Assembly: GCA_031416355.1 (NCBI GenBank)
Contig: JANOTM010000006.1
Span: 1 to 39,324 of the forward strand
Source of the DNA: Gammaproteobacteria bacterium
GTDB lineage: Bacteria > Pseudomonadota > Gammaproteobacteria > Acidiferrobacterales > UBA6901
Length of the DNA: 39,324 nt
Reading direction: 5' to 3'
Shown here: positions 1 to 10,563 of the stretch, piece by piece
How positions within the stretch are numbered: position 1 is the first letter of the stretch
How the letters are laid out: each line of letters begins with the position of its first letter
Program-made: the position numbers and the translations under genes
Notes under the pieces: model-generated
Told to the model about the DNA's origin: nothing
The model's database searches: none
What the model saw: the letters and a program-made list of their open reading frames with translations, nothing else

Positions 1-260
1 GACTTGAACAACCCAAGATCCATGATGGCCTGGCGCGACTGTTCGATGAGCGCCGCATCCACCGGGTCGCCGACCTTTACCTGCATTTCTTGCAGGAATA
101 TTTCGGGACGTGTGGTCTTATTGCCGGCAAAACGAATTTCACTGATGATACGCGCGCGCGGGGCTTTCTGAGCGTCGCTGGATGGCGACTCAGACACCTC
201 CTGCGCCAGCGCCAAGCATGGGGCAGAAAGGAAAACAAAGAGGCACAGACACCGAATCAT
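1..260 (-). CDS. N-terminal part of a POTRA-domain outer-membrane protein (Omp85/TamA/ShlB-like); continues off the left edge
   Basis: Own minus-strand translation from the ATG at 258-260. It gives MIRCLCLFVFLSAPCLALAQE (signal peptide), then RIISEIRFAGNKTTRPEIFLQEMQVKVGDPVDAALIEQSRQAIMDLGLFK, the typical first-POTRA pattern (I.F.GN..T....I......G......L..D...L...G.F). It is absent from the ORF track because no stop codon lies in the window. Confidence 0.5.
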   Translation of the reverse strand, partial: MIRCLCLFVFLSAPCLALAQEVSESPSSDAQKAPRARIISEIRFAGNKTTRPEIFLQEMQVKVGDPVDAALIEQSRQAIMDLGLFK

Positions 261-296
261 GCGACTCCCACATGCGATTACGCCTGCTGGTTCGGT

Positions 297-3188
297 TTAG
301 AAAGACGTTCCAGCCCTGAGATAGATCTGGTTATCGCCGCCCCTACTGTAACCATGCGCATAACCCAAGCGTAGATTTAGGCCGACATTATAAAATAATA
401 TGGTATCGGCATGGGCCTCGATACCGGCACTCGTAAAATAGGTTTCAGGCTTGTTACCGCTATCCCAAGCGGCCCCCGCGTCCACGAATACACTGCCGAA
501 GACTTGATGCAGGGCCAGGGGCGGCGCCATGATGCCACGCTCGATACGGCTCACGGGAAACCGCCACTCCAAGGTAGACAGCGCCATGCGCCGTCCCACC
601 AGCCCGGGCGCGCCGAAGGAATAGCCACGCAGTGCATGGTCGCGCTGATAAAACGGCGAAGCATAATCCAAGCCCGCCAACAATGGCGGTGCCGACACGG
701 CGCTGCGGCTCCCCCCTAGTTGAAACCGACGCGGCTGCTCCTCGCCCCAGCCACCCACCAGGCGTAGCGCCAGCACGTGTTGGTTGCCTAAGGTAACAAA
801 CTCGCGCCAATCCAGAGTATATACGTTACCGGTATAGTCGCTGCCGCCCAGGGCATCACTATTTTCAGCCGCGAGTTGCACGTGGCGCCCATTGCTGCGA
901 CTGATGGAAAACGCATAGCGGCGGGTGGAATCGAAAACCAGGGCCGTCCCCAGCACATTGTCGGTGGTATCCGGTAACGCTAGTGTTCCCGCTGCTCTCC
1001 AGCCATCGGAATCTTGTACCTGCAGGGCGGTAACGTGTAGCGACCAGCGCTGCCGATAATAAACTAAGGGGAAGATGACTTCTGTCTGGTAGGTATCAGA
1101 GCGCCGTACCCGTACCGCCTCGTCATTGCTGTCGGTCTCGATTTCGTTGTAGCGCGCAGCGCGCAGTTTAAAAATGGGATACCACCGGTCATACACATAA
1201 TTAAAATCGCCCACCATCCAGTTATTACGGAAATCATATGCCACATCCGCGGCGTAAATGTGCCGTGCGAGTGGATCGGAGGCGCTGGTAATCACGCCCA
1301 GTTCGGTTCTGCCGGTATCTACGGCAATGTGTGGCAGCCACCAGCGCGGGCGCAGGTCCGAATAGGGGGAGTAATCGTCCAAAGCGAGCGTCTGGGATGG
1401 CGGAAGCACAGGAGCCGTGGAGGCAGGCGCCTGCGTCTTGACAGTGGGGGCAGACCATATGGATAGCGGCTGTTCCCGCACCTGGTCCATTCGATAGAGG
1501 TCAAAGCCATTGCGGCCGGCGCCGGTATAATACAGTGGCGCATCAGGCGTGACCTGGGACGGATGAAAAGCACCACTCTCCACGTTGGTCAAGGTGGTGA
1601 TATCACCGGTAGCAAGGGTCAGCCGCCGCACGTTATAGACACCGCCGTGGTCGGAGGTAAATAAAATAGAAGCCCCATCGGCGGAGAATTGCGGATCGGC
1701 TTTCACCGCCGTGTCGTGGGTCAAGATCGTCCAACGGCGATCCGTCAAAGAGAACTGTTCCAGATTCCAGCCCGCCCCGGTACGCCACACAGCGGCAACC
1801 AAGGATGCGCCGCCGGGAGACCAGCTCATGGCAGCCAGCACTTCGCCATCGCGAGCGGTCCACAGTGTTTCGAGTTCCTGGCCTGCGGGTGTCAGACGCC
1901 GCAGGCTGTTGACGCCCAAGGCCTGATGCACGACAACGATGCTATCGCCCTCGGGGCTCCATACGCCGTAGCGATAGCGTGCACCCTGGGTGAGCCGTTG
2001 GGTCTGGCCGCTGTCGATATCCACCCGATATAAATCGTAATAAAGATTCGCGTTGCGAAATATCTCCGGCTGCGCCAGCAACACCCCGGCGACGGGATGC
2101 ACATCGAAGCGCGCACCCCAGTGTATCGATGCGAGCCGTTTCGGACCTGCCCCTCCCGGCGACAAGCGCATGAGGGCCGGCTCGGATTTTCCATCCCGGC
2201 TCAGATAAATGAGCCTGCCATCCGGCAGCGCGCGTGCGCCACCGGTGTAGTAGCCATGCTCGGTAATACGCGTACCTTGGCGCACGCCCGTTTGCTGTAT
2301 CGATAGAGTCTGGTCGGCATATTTATCCCTTACATATTGGTCAAAGTCCGGCCACAGATTTTCAACGCTTTTGCCGAGCACTTGGCGACTATTGGAATTG
2401 ACGAAAAATGGGATGAAATTATTGCTGTAATTCGCCACCAGCTGGGGAATTTTCTCGGCGCCGTGGCGCGCGGCGATGTAATTGTGAAACTGAACGCCGT
2501 AGAGATAGGGCGTGGCCCCGGCCGGCCAGGTAGCGATGGGCTGATTGACTTGGGCGATGGGTTTGATGCCGTTGCGGGCCTCTACACGCATCAACATGTC
2601 GAAATACGCGCTTTGTCCGCGCCCGTGGCCGTGCGCCGCATCGGTCTCGGTATACGTGGCCAGGCCTTCGATTAGCCAGGATGGCTGAAAGGTGTTGGGA
2701 AACAGCAAAAAGTTTCGCCCAAAAATGTGGCGCAGAAAACGCGGTGCGCCGGCGGCCCGATCCAGATGCAGGATGTGGGTATATTCATGGGTAATCACTG
2801 TCTCCAGCCAGCCGTTGTGCTCCTCCAGGCCATTGATATCGTCGGGCGGACTAACATATAAGGTCATGCGGTTCGCAGGAAAGGCCTGGGCATAGCCATT
2901 GGACAAATCAACACCATCGGTCAAGACCACAGTCGTGGGCGCATCCGGGACCCAATTGAACTCACGTGTGAGGCGCGCGTGCACGCGCTCGGCAATGGCA
3001 ATGGTGGTACGCGCCAGCGGTTCTTCGGCATCGTGAAAATGCACCACGAAATGCGCACTGCGTAGCGACTTCCAGGTAAGCCTGGGATCATGCGCTATGC
3101 CAGCCTGTAGTGCCGGACTCCAGGCCCACATCCCTGCGGCCGCGCACGCTAATAGGCGTGCATAATACCCGACCCCAACTCTACTCAT
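297..3188 (-). CDS. Secreted 963-aa multidomain protein: HExxH zinc-metallopeptidase region, TolB/PD40-like beta-propeller repeats, and a C-terminal outer-membrane beta-barrel-like region
   Basis: N-terminal signal-like segment (LLACAAAGMWAWSPALQAG). HEYTH motif at 2775-2789. Repeated WSP(E/G)G...; FSADGASILFTSDHGGVYNV blocks are typical of TolB/PD40 propellers. The C-terminus has alternating hydrophobic strands and a terminal ...YLRAGTSF, the aromatic terminal residue usual for OMPs. Confidence 0.6.
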   Translation of the reverse strand: MSRVGVGYYARLLACAAAGMWAWSPALQAGIAHDPRLTWKSLRSAHFVVHFHDAEEPLARTTIAIAERVHARLTREFNWVPDAPTTVVLTDGVDLSNGYAQAFPANRMTLYVSPPDDINGLEEHNGWLETVITHEYTHILHLDRAAGAPRFLRHIFGRNFLLFPNTFQPSWLIEGLATYTETDAAHGHGRGQSAYFDMLMRVEARNGIKPIAQVNQPIATWPAGATPYLYGVQFHNYIAARHGAEKIPQLVANYSNNFIPFFVNSNSRQVLGKSVENLWPDFDQYVRDKYADQTLSIQQTGVRQGTRITEHGYYTGGARALPDGRLIYLSRDGKSEPALMRLSPGGAGPKRLASIHWGARFDVHPVAGVLLAQPEIFRNANLYYDLYRVDIDSGQTQRLTQGARYRYGVWSPEGDSIVVVHQALGVNSLRRLTPAGQELETLWTARDGEVLAAMSWSPGGASLVAAVWRTGAGWNLEQFSLTDRRWTILTHDTAVKADPQFSADGASILFTSDHGGVYNVRRLTLATGDITTLTNVESGAFHPSQVTPDAPLYYTGAGRNGFDLYRMDQVREQPLSIWSAPTVKTQAPASTAPVLPPSQTLALDDYSPYSDLRPRWWLPHIAVDTGRTELGVITSASDPLARHIYAADVAYDFRNNWMVGDFNYVYDRWYPIFKLRAARYNEIETDSNDEAVRVRRSDTYQTEVIFPLVYYRQRWSLHVTALQVQDSDGWRAAGTLALPDTTDNVLGTALVFDSTRRYAFSISRSNGRHVQLAAENSDALGGSDYTGNVYTLDWREFVTLGNQHVLALRLVGGWGEEQPRRFQLGGSRSAVSAPPLLAGLDYASPFYQRDHALRGYSFGAPGLVGRRMALSTLEWRFPVSRIERGIMAPPLALHQVFGSVFVDAGAAWDSGNKPETYFTSAGIEAHADTILFYNVGLNLRLGYAHGYSRGGDNQIYLRAGTSF

Positions 3189-3216
3189 CGAAGCTCACCC
3201 GGCATGATTTAACGTG

Positions 3217-4506
3217 CTATTTCTTTTTGGAATAATGCCGCAGTTTTTGTCCTATATATACCTGGCGCGGTCTATCGATACCGTGGCCAGTATCCTTATG
3301 CAACTCCAGCCAATGGCTTACCCAGCCGGCGGTGCGCGCCACCGCGAAAATGGCGGTAAACATGTTCATGGGCAAACCCATGGCACGCAATAATATACCG
3401 GAATAGAAATCCACATTCGGGTACAGCTTGCGCTGAATAAAGTAATCGTCCTGCAGGGCAATTTCTTCCAGCTTCATGGCCACGTCCAGCAGCGGATCGT
3501 GTATGCCTAGATGCTCCAATACTTCGCGCGCGCTCTCCTGCATCACGCGCGCACGCGGATCGAAGTTCTTATAGATGCGGTGGCCGAATCCCATGAGCCG
3601 GAACGGGTCGTTTTTATCCTTGGCACGGGCGATTGCCTTGGGTATGTTTACCGGCGTCCCGATCTCCGACAACATCTTCAACACCGCCTCGTTGGCGCCG
3701 CCGTGCGCTGGCCCCCACAGGCTGGCGATGCCCGCCGCAATGCACGCGAACGGATTGGCACCGGAAGACGCGGCAATGCGCACCGTCGAGGTCGAGGCAT
3801 TCTGCTCGTGGTCCGCATGCAGTATCAATATGCGGTCCAGGGCGCGCGCCACCACCGGGTTCACCATGTATTCACCGTTGGGCAGACCGAACAGCATTTG
3901 CATGAAATTCGACGCATAGTCCAGGCCGTTGCTGGGATAGCGTTGCGGGCGGCCGGTGCTGTAGGTGAAACTGGCGGCGGCGATGGTTGGGATCTTGGCC
4001 ACCAGGCGGATGGCAGCCAGCTCGCGTTCCTGCTGGTTATTGATATTCATGACGTCGTGATAAAACGCCGACAGCGCGCCCACCACGCCCACCATCACCG
4101 CCATGGGATGCGCGTCGCGCCGGAAACCGCGGTAGAAATTCAGCACCTGCTCGTGCAGCAGATTATGCTGGTGTATGGTCGACTGGAATTCGCCAAACTC
4201 CTTGACGTTGGGTATTTCGCCGTACATCAACAGGTAGGTGACCTCGGTAAAATTGCTGTGCTGCGCCAACTCCTCGATGGGATAACCGCGGTACAGCAAC
4301 AGACCCGCGTCCCCATCCACGAAGGTGATGGCGCTCAAACACGAGGCGGTGGAACGGAAGCCGGGGTCATAGGCCAGCAGGCCGTGGCGTGCAAATAAGG
4401 TCTGGATGTCGATGGCCGGTGGCCCCATCACCCCTTCCATGATGGGCAGGCTATTTTCCTCCGCGGTATCGGTAAGCACCGCGTTGACGTATTTCTTGCC
4501 GGCCAT
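3217..4506 (-). CDS. gltA: Citrate synthase (type II, hexameric class)
   Basis: Full-length match by eye to GltA (…[14 protein letters not shown]…, [24 protein letters not shown]). Start placed at the ATG at 4506 ([10 protein letters not shown]…), preceded by GGAGGG. The ORF track start at 4524 is 6 codons upstream. Confidence 0.95.
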   Translation of the reverse strand: MAGKKYVNAVLTDTAEENSLPIMEGVMGPPAIDIQTLFARHGLLAYDPGFRSTASCLSAITFVDGDAGLLLYRGYPIEELAQHSNFTEVTYLLMYGEIPNVKEFGEFQSTIHQHNLLHEQVLNFYRGFRRDAHPMAVMVGVVGALSAFYHDVMNINNQQERELAAIRLVAKIPTIAAASFTYSTGRPQRYPSNGLDYASNFMQMLFGLPNGEYMVNPVVARALDRILILHADHEQNASTSTVRIAASSGANPFACIAAGIASLWGPAHGGANEAVLKMLSEIGTPVNIPKAIARAKDKNDPFRLMGFGHRIYKNFDPRARVMQESAREVLEHLGIHDPLLDVAMKLEEIALQDDYFIQRKLYPNVDFYSGILLRAMGLPMNMFTAIFAVARTAGWVSHWLELHKDTGHGIDRPRQVYIGQKLRHYSKKK

Positions 4507-4641
4507 TCTTTTTGTACCCTCCATTGAGACAGCCGCGACCTAATCGGTCCTTTAACGGCTGAGCACCCCTACACGCCGCAAACAGGCGTAAATCTAATCC
4601 ATTCTAGCGTATCTAGCTATAGTTAAAGCGCAAATCTCATC

Positions 4642-5556
4642 TTACCCTTTATCCGCGCGCCACCAATCCGCCACCACCCGGCCAATATAGGGATGGGCCA
4701 GATATCCGTAGGACCTATGCACATTGAGCCCGCTTTGGTTGCGGAAATAGGCGTATATATCGTGCACATCGGTAATGGATTCGACCATGCCCGCGTTCAG
4801 CATGGACGCAAAATCGTCCCTCAAATTCGGGTCCAGGGCGGTGAGATCACCCTGCGCGGCAATGTTGATCCAGTGCCTGATATTGCCTGGAAAACGCCGA
4901 TCCGGCCCATTATGGAATCCCAGCAGGCGGTTTTGGACAAACCGCATCCCCAAAGGGCTGCCCAGAGTCAGCAACCTATCGATGCGGCCCGGGTTTTTCT
5001 CGGCGTGCCATAACTCCCAAAGGGCGTCGTAAGCAATAATGCTACCCATGCTGTGGCCAATGAGCAGTATCCGGTCGCCCGCGGCCAACATACGGCGCAG
5101 GGGTGCCTTGAGGAGTTCGCGTATTTGATCTGCCGTGCCCGCGTGATTGTTAAAGTAGCGCTCGGTTTCCAGGACCATGTTTTTCGCCGCCGGATCGGGA
5201 AACAACGGGATCAAAAACGGAAAAAAATCCGCCAGCGTATAGTGCAAGCGTACCCAGCGACGGCGCCAGGACAGGGCCTCGCGCCTATCCCGCGCATCGG
5301 GCCCGGCCTTCGCCAGCATCGCCTCGATCCAGGGGGCATCGTCCTCGGACGCCTTGGTCTGTTGGTAATATATCTCATTCCACGCAACCAGCTGAAAGTT
5401 GTCCGGGCTCGCGCAAAGTTCGGGAATCAACGCCGCATCGACCTGGCGTATACTGCTGAGCAGGCAGCGCCATAGCCAGGCCTGGTGTTCCGCCGCCGGG
5501 GGTTTGGGATTTTTACCAGGGATAAAAAAGATCCTGTTTCGAGATTGCACTGCCAA
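4642..5556 (-). CDS. Alpha/beta-hydrolase-fold protein (lipase/esterase-like), function unknown
   Basis: 304-aa ORF with the nucleophile elbow GHSMGS (…ILLIGHSMGSIIAYDAL…). No closer family recognised. Confidence 0.55.
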   Translation of the reverse strand: MAVQSRNRIFFIPGKNPKPPAAEHQAWLWRCLLSSIRQVDAALIPELCASPDNFQLVAWNEIYYQQTKASEDDAPWIEAMLAKAGPDARDRREALSWRRRWVRLHYTLADFFPFLIPLFPDPAAKNMVLETERYFNNHAGTADQIRELLKAPLRRMLAAGDRILLIGHSMGSIIAYDALWELWHAEKNPGRIDRLLTLGSPLGMRFVQNRLLGFHNGPDRRFPGNIRHWINIAAQGDLTALDPNLRDDFASMLNAGMVESITDVHDIYAYFRNQSGLNVHRSYGYLAHPYIGRVVADWWRADKG

Positions 5557-5680
5557 GAAAACTCCTATGCGATATATTTATGTCTGTCAGTGCTTGATTA
5601 TAAGCTGATCAGGCCGCCGGCCCGATCCAGCGGCATCCAGAATACAGGATTATCAGATTTTTAGTTTCAAGGAATTGATT

Positions 5681-6643
5681 ATGCGCAACGTCCGATTCAA
5701 GGTTTTGATCATGGGCCATGGTGAAATGGGTCATGCCATGCAGCATCTCCTGGGAAACCGGCATGATTTCGAGGTATGGGAACGCGCACCGCGCCCGGAT
5801 GGCAGGCCGGTGGCACCAGAAACCTTGGCAGCTGACCGTGATGTGGTGCTCTTCTGCGTGCCCACCCCACCCCATTTCGACCTGGTGAGCCGCCTGCTTC
5901 CGGCGCTGTCCCGCCGGACCTTGTGCCTTAGTATCGCCAAGGGCCTGGATGAGCACGGCCGGACACCGGCGGATGTATTCAGCCAGGTACTGGGCACAAA
6001 AATCCCCCATGGCGTGCTGTACGGACCCATGATCGCGGAAGAGATCCGCGCCGGCAAACCGGCCTTTGCCCAGCTTGCGGTAAACGGCGGTGACGGTATG
6101 CGCAAGGCCGTCGCACTTTTTCACGGTACCGGCCTGCACATCGAAGCGGCATCGGACCCGATGGGCATCGCCTGGTCGGCGGCCTTGAAGAATGTCTACG
6201 CCATCCTGTTCGGCGTCGCCGATGAACTGCGCCTGGGCGACAATATGCGCGGGCATCTGGCGGTCGGCGCGCTCGCGGAAATCAGCGCCATAGTCACTCA
6301 TTTCGGCGGTCTCGCCGCCACACCCTACCGGCTGGCGGGCCTGGGGGATCTTATCACCACCGCCACCAGTGCCGGCTCGCATCACCACGAGCTCGGACGA
6401 TTACTGGTGCGCGGCCAACGCGACGCCATACACGGCGAGGGCATACACACCCTGGATATTCTGCGCCAGGGTGTAGCGATTTCCTTCGAGGCCTATCCTC
6501 TGTTAGGTCTTATCGACGCGTGCGTGCGCGATCCAGACAATATCCACGCCAAGGTGCAAAACTACTTAGATGCACTCGACCAGCTGACCTGGACAAAAGT
6601 AGATCAGACCGGCGCCGATGCGTCGCAAAATCGCAACGGATGA
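5681..6643 (+). CDS. NAD(P)H-dependent glycerol-3-phosphate dehydrogenase family protein (divergent GpsA-like)
   Basis: Family blocks KVLIMGHGEMG (Rossmann), KGLD…, GPMIAEEI, ALKNVYAILFGVADELRLGDNMRG and AGLGDLITTATS. Start moved to the ATG at 5681, which has AAGGA 8 nt upstream. Confidence 0.65.
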   Translation: MRNVRFKVLIMGHGEMGHAMQHLLGNRHDFEVWERAPRPDGRPVAPETLAADRDVVLFCVPTPPHFDLVSRLLPALSRRTLCLSIAKGLDEHGRTPADVFSQVLGTKIPHGVLYGPMIAEEIRAGKPAFAQLAVNGGDGMRKAVALFHGTGLHIEAASDPMGIAWSAALKNVYAILFGVADELRLGDNMRGHLAVGALAEISAIVTHFGGLAATPYRLAGLGDLITTATSAGSHHHELGRLLVRGQRDAIHGEGIHTLDILRQGVAISFEAYPLLGLIDACVRDPDNIHAKVQNYLDALDQLTWTKVDQTGADASQNRNG

Positions 6644-6739
6644 TGTTTGTAGACAGCAACCGTCATGGGTGTTAGCCGTTACCGCGGCACTCGGGTAGAA
6701 TAGCCGGTCTCGTCCACCGGCAATACCCTTAAAACTCCC

Positions 6740-8743
6740 TTGTCTGAACTCAATCCCCGACAAAAAGAAGCGGTGCGTTATATCAACGGCCCGTTGCTGG
6801 TATTGGCCGGCGCCGGTAGCGGCAAGACGTCGGTTATCACGCGCAAGATCGCCTGGTTGGTCCAGGACTGCGGCATAGCACCGGCCCACATCGCCGCCGT
6901 GACCTTTACCAATAAGGCGGCGCGCGAAATGAAGACGCGGGTGTCGGCGTTGTTGCACGGCAAGGAATTAAAAGGCCTGACGGTATCGACCTTTCATACC
7001 CTAGGCCTCAATATCCTGCGACGCGACGGCCATTTGCTCGGCTACAAAAAAGGTTTTTCCATCTTCGATGCCAGCGACAGCCTGGCGCTGATACGCGAAT
7101 TTCTCAAGGATGGATCGGCGCGTGCCGGCGGCGTGGCCGAAAAAATACAATGGCGGATTTCACGCTGGAAAAACGCCCTCGCCACTCCCGAACAGGCGTT
7201 GATCGAGGCCGCCACGGATGCGACCCAGGCCACCGCTGCCCATATTTATTCGGAATATGCACGCAATCTATTGGCGTGCAATACCGTGGACTTCGATGAC
7301 CTGATCTTGCAACCACTGCGGCTATTGCAGACGCACCCCGACACCCTGACGGCGTGGCAGAACCGCATCCATTATCTGCTGGTGGATGAATACCAGGACA
7401 CCAATGCCTGTCAGTACGAACTGGTAAAAATTATTGTACACCCGCGCAATGCCCTCACGGTGGTGGGTGACGACGACCAGTCGGTCTATGCCTGGCGCGG
7501 GGCGCAGCCGGAAAATCTGGTGCACCTGCAAAGCGACTTCCCCGATCTTAAGGTCATCACGCTGGAACAGAACTATCGCTCCACTGGGCGCATACTCAAG
7601 GCCGCCAATGCGCTCATCGGCAACAATCCGCATATATTCGAAAAACGTCTGTGGAGCGATCTCGGTTTCGGCGATCCGATCAAAGTCATGGTATCGCGCG
7701 ACCAGGAACACGAGGCGGAACGGGTGGTATCGCAATTATTGCATCACAAGTTCACCCAGCGCACGGATTTCAAAGACTATGCGCTGCTCTATCGCGGCAA
7801 CCATCAGGCGCGCCTGTTCGAGCGCGCGCTGCGCGAACAGCGTATCCCCTATTTTCTCAGCGGCGCCACCTCGTTCTTTGAGCGCAGTGAAATACGCGAT
7901 GTCATGGCCTATTTCAAACTCATCGCTAATCCCGATGACAACAATGCGTTCCTGCGCATCGCCAATACGCCGCGCCGCGAAATCGGCACTGCGACCCTGG
8001 AGAAACTCGGCATGTATGCGACGCAGCGCGCCATAGGCATGGTCGAGGCGTCATTCGAGCTGGGTTTGGCGCAACATCTCAACGAACGCCAACTCGGTGC
8101 ACTCCAGCGCTTCACCCATTGGGTGGTCGCCATGGCCGATCTGGCGCAAGAACAAGAAGCCGCGTCTCTGGCACGCCATATCCTCACGGAAATCCACTAC
8201 GATGAGTGGCTGCAAGAAACCAGCGACACCCCGCATGCGGCCGAAAAGCGCATGGAAAACGTGCTTGAACTGGTGGCCTGGATGCAACGCATCACCACCC
8301 AGGACGAAGACAAAAGCTTCCGCGACACGGTGGCGCGCATCAGCCTCTTGGGCATGCTGGACAATGCCGAGGCCAGCACCGACGATCAAGTCATGCTCAT
8401 GACCCTGCATGCGGCCAAAGGCCTGGAGTTCCCACACGTCTTCATCGTGGGCATGGAAGAAGGGCTATTACCCCATCGCGTGAGCGTCGAGCAGGAGGCC
8501 ATCGAGGAAGAACGGCGCCTGGCGTACGTGGGCATTACCCGGGCGCGCAAGTCCCTTACCTTCTCGCTTACTCAAAAACGCAAACGCTACGGTGAGACCA
8601 CGGCGTGCGTCCCCAGCCGTTTTTTATCCGAACTACCCACGGAAGATCTGCAATGGGAAGGCGGCGATGGGACCACCGATCCCAAGGAAAAACAGGAACG
8701 CGCCGATGCCCATTTAGCGAATGTGCGCGGCCTGCTGGGCTAG
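6740..8743 (+). CDS. rep: ATP-dependent DNA helicase Rep (UvrD/Rep superfamily 1)
   Basis: 667 aa. MSELNPRQKEAVRYINGPLLVLAGAGSGKTSVITRKIAWLV aligns with the E. coli Rep N-terminus. Motifs LLVDEYQDTN, VVGDDDQSVYAWRGA, LEQNYRS, TLHAAKGLEF and VGITRA are present. TTG start. Confidence 0.9.
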   Translation: MSELNPRQKEAVRYINGPLLVLAGAGSGKTSVITRKIAWLVQDCGIAPAHIAAVTFTNKAAREMKTRVSALLHGKELKGLTVSTFHTLGLNILRRDGHLLGYKKGFSIFDASDSLALIREFLKDGSARAGGVAEKIQWRISRWKNALATPEQALIEAATDATQATAAHIYSEYARNLLACNTVDFDDLILQPLRLLQTHPDTLTAWQNRIHYLLVDEYQDTNACQYELVKIIVHPRNALTVVGDDDQSVYAWRGAQPENLVHLQSDFPDLKVITLEQNYRSTGRILKAANALIGNNPHIFEKRLWSDLGFGDPIKVMVSRDQEHEAERVVSQLLHHKFTQRTDFKDYALLYRGNHQARLFERALREQRIPYFLSGATSFFERSEIRDVMAYFKLIANPDDNNAFLRIANTPRREIGTATLEKLGMYATQRAIGMVEASFELGLAQHLNERQLGALQRFTHWVVAMADLAQEQEAASLARHILTEIHYDEWLQETSDTPHAAEKRMENVLELVAWMQRITTQDEDKSFRDTVARISLLGMLDNAEASTDDQVMLMTLHAAKGLEFPHVFIVGMEEGLLPHRVSVEQEAIEEERRLAYVGITRARKSLTFSLTQKRKRYGETTACVPSRFLSELPTEDLQWEGGDGTTDPKEKQERADAHLANVRGLLG

Positions 8744-8942
8744 GGGAAAGCATGAGAATCATTTGTTTCCTTATAACCAGCCGGGCACGAAAATTCACCC
8801 CCTCGGCATGCAATTACCGTGGTAGCGGCTAAACCCTCGATACTCGGGCGTGAAAATACGACATATGGTGTATTTTGCTCTGGAATAGCCCCCCTTTATT
8901 GGATATGCTGGGCGGCTTAATCGGCACAAAAGGATCTTGGCC

Positions 8943-10424
8943 ATGAACAAACACCCCCCCCTGCCATTCGCCCAATTCTCTACGCTTCTGAATCGTAGAG
9001 AATTGCAGGACAGCCTGGAAACCACCTGAGCGCGCGGCGAGAACCACGGTAATCCTTTTGGGCTTATTTTGTTCAGTATCGACCGGTTCAAACTGGTCAA
9101 CGGCCGCTTCGGCCACCGACTCGCCGACGCTGTACTCAAACACCTCGCCCACGTCGTGCGCACTGCTTTACGCAATCGCGGTCTCATGGGTCGTTGGGCG
9201 GGGGATGAATTTCTTTGCATACTTCCCGATGCACTACCGGCGGAAATCCCCAGGATCGCCGAGGAGCTGCGCGCCGCCATTGCAAACACCGCGTTCCCAG
9301 TGGGCGTCAGCCTAGTCCATGTCACGGCAAGTTTTGGCAGCGTCGCCTATCCGGACGATGGCAACGAAGTAAAGACCTTGCTGATTGCGGCCGACGAGGC
9401 GCAATACCACGCCAAGCAGACCGGGCGCAACCGGGTGGTTGCCGCCGCGAGTCTCGCGCATCATGCCCTGCGTATGGGCAACATACTCGACACCGCATTG
9501 CGCGAAGAGCGGGTAATGCCGGCGTATCAACCTATCGTTGATCTCATCAGCGGAAACGTGGTCGCCGAAGAGGCCCTGGCCCGCATCATCACTACCGATG
9601 GGCATACCATCGCCGCGGAAGAATTCATGCAGGTGGCAAGCCAGTTTCAGCTTACCCATAAAATCGACCGCACCGTGCTGCTGTCTGCCTTCGATCGCTA
9701 TCTGAGACAACTCGCGGCCAATAATCCAATCATGCACTTCGTCAATATCTCCGGCGATTTACTGCGGCATCCGGAATTATTCAGAGAGCTGCTAGATTCG
9801 GTTAAGGGCTTCCCTGCTGCAATGAACGCGGACAACGTCGTGCCTACCCAGGAATCTACCGCCGAAGGGTGCCCCATCCCTCTCTTGCCGCTAGAGCGGG
9901 AATGGGCCGAGGAGCTAGGTAAGGACAAGACCGCCCGCATCCTGGACGCAATTCGCGACAATAATACGGCCACGCGGTCTTTCCCCTTGGTTATCGAAAT
10001 CACGGAACGCGAACTGCTGGGCAGCCCCGAGCTTACCCGTCAAATGCTGGCACCTTTTCTGGACCTAGGTGCGCGCCTGGCGCTGGATGATTTCGGCAGC
10101 GGTTATTCCGGCTTTCAGTATTTGGCCGACCTGCCGGTGTCCTTTCTTAAAATCGACGGCCGTTTCATACAGCGCATCGCCGAACCCAAGGTCCGTGCCA
10201 TCGTCAACGGCATCCAGAATACCGCCAATGAGCTGGGGCTCATTACCCTAGCGGAACATGTGGAAACCGAACAACAGGCGGATACCTTGCGCGCCATTGG
10301 TATCCACTGGGCCCAAGGTCATCTCTATGGCCGGGCACAGATAGACGAGGAAGAAGCCAACTTCCGTCGCCAAATGAGCGTGAATTGGGCCGCTGGTTAC
10401 TATTATCGCGAATTACCGTCGTAA
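8943..10424 (+). pseudogene. Sensor-less GGDEF-EAL protein interrupted by one in-frame TGA (9027-9029). The downstream piece, 9069-10424, is the ORF-track ORF
   Basis: Own translation from the ATG at 8943 gives MNKHPPLPFAQFSTLLNRRELQDSLETT*ARGENHGNPFGLILFSIDRFKLVNGRFGH. The GGDEF-domain consensus (…L.NRR…D.D.FK..ND..GH) runs straight through the stop. The A-site reads AGDEF (9198-9212). The EAL domain has YQPIVDL…EEALAR, EITE, DDFG(S)GYS and KIDG. Confidence 0.65.
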
Positions 10425-10563
10425 ATAATCCGCACTGGCCACCGCTAGCGTGACCGCTCCCCAGAAACAGTAATCCTCCGCTATCTCAAGCACGTTATAC
10501 CCGCACGCCTTATGGACGCCTGCCAGCGGAAACGACGGCCGGTTTCCGTGGTACGATTGCAGT

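Noticed and set aside
90-374. Plus-strand ORF 90-374 (94 aa)
   Set aside because: It lies antisense to the better-supported POTRA-protein N-terminus (1-260) and to the end of the 963-aa gene. It has no motifs.
3511-4398. Plus-strand 295-aa ORF inside gltA
   Set aside because: It is antisense to an unambiguous citrate synthase gene and its composition is His/Arg/Gly-rich.
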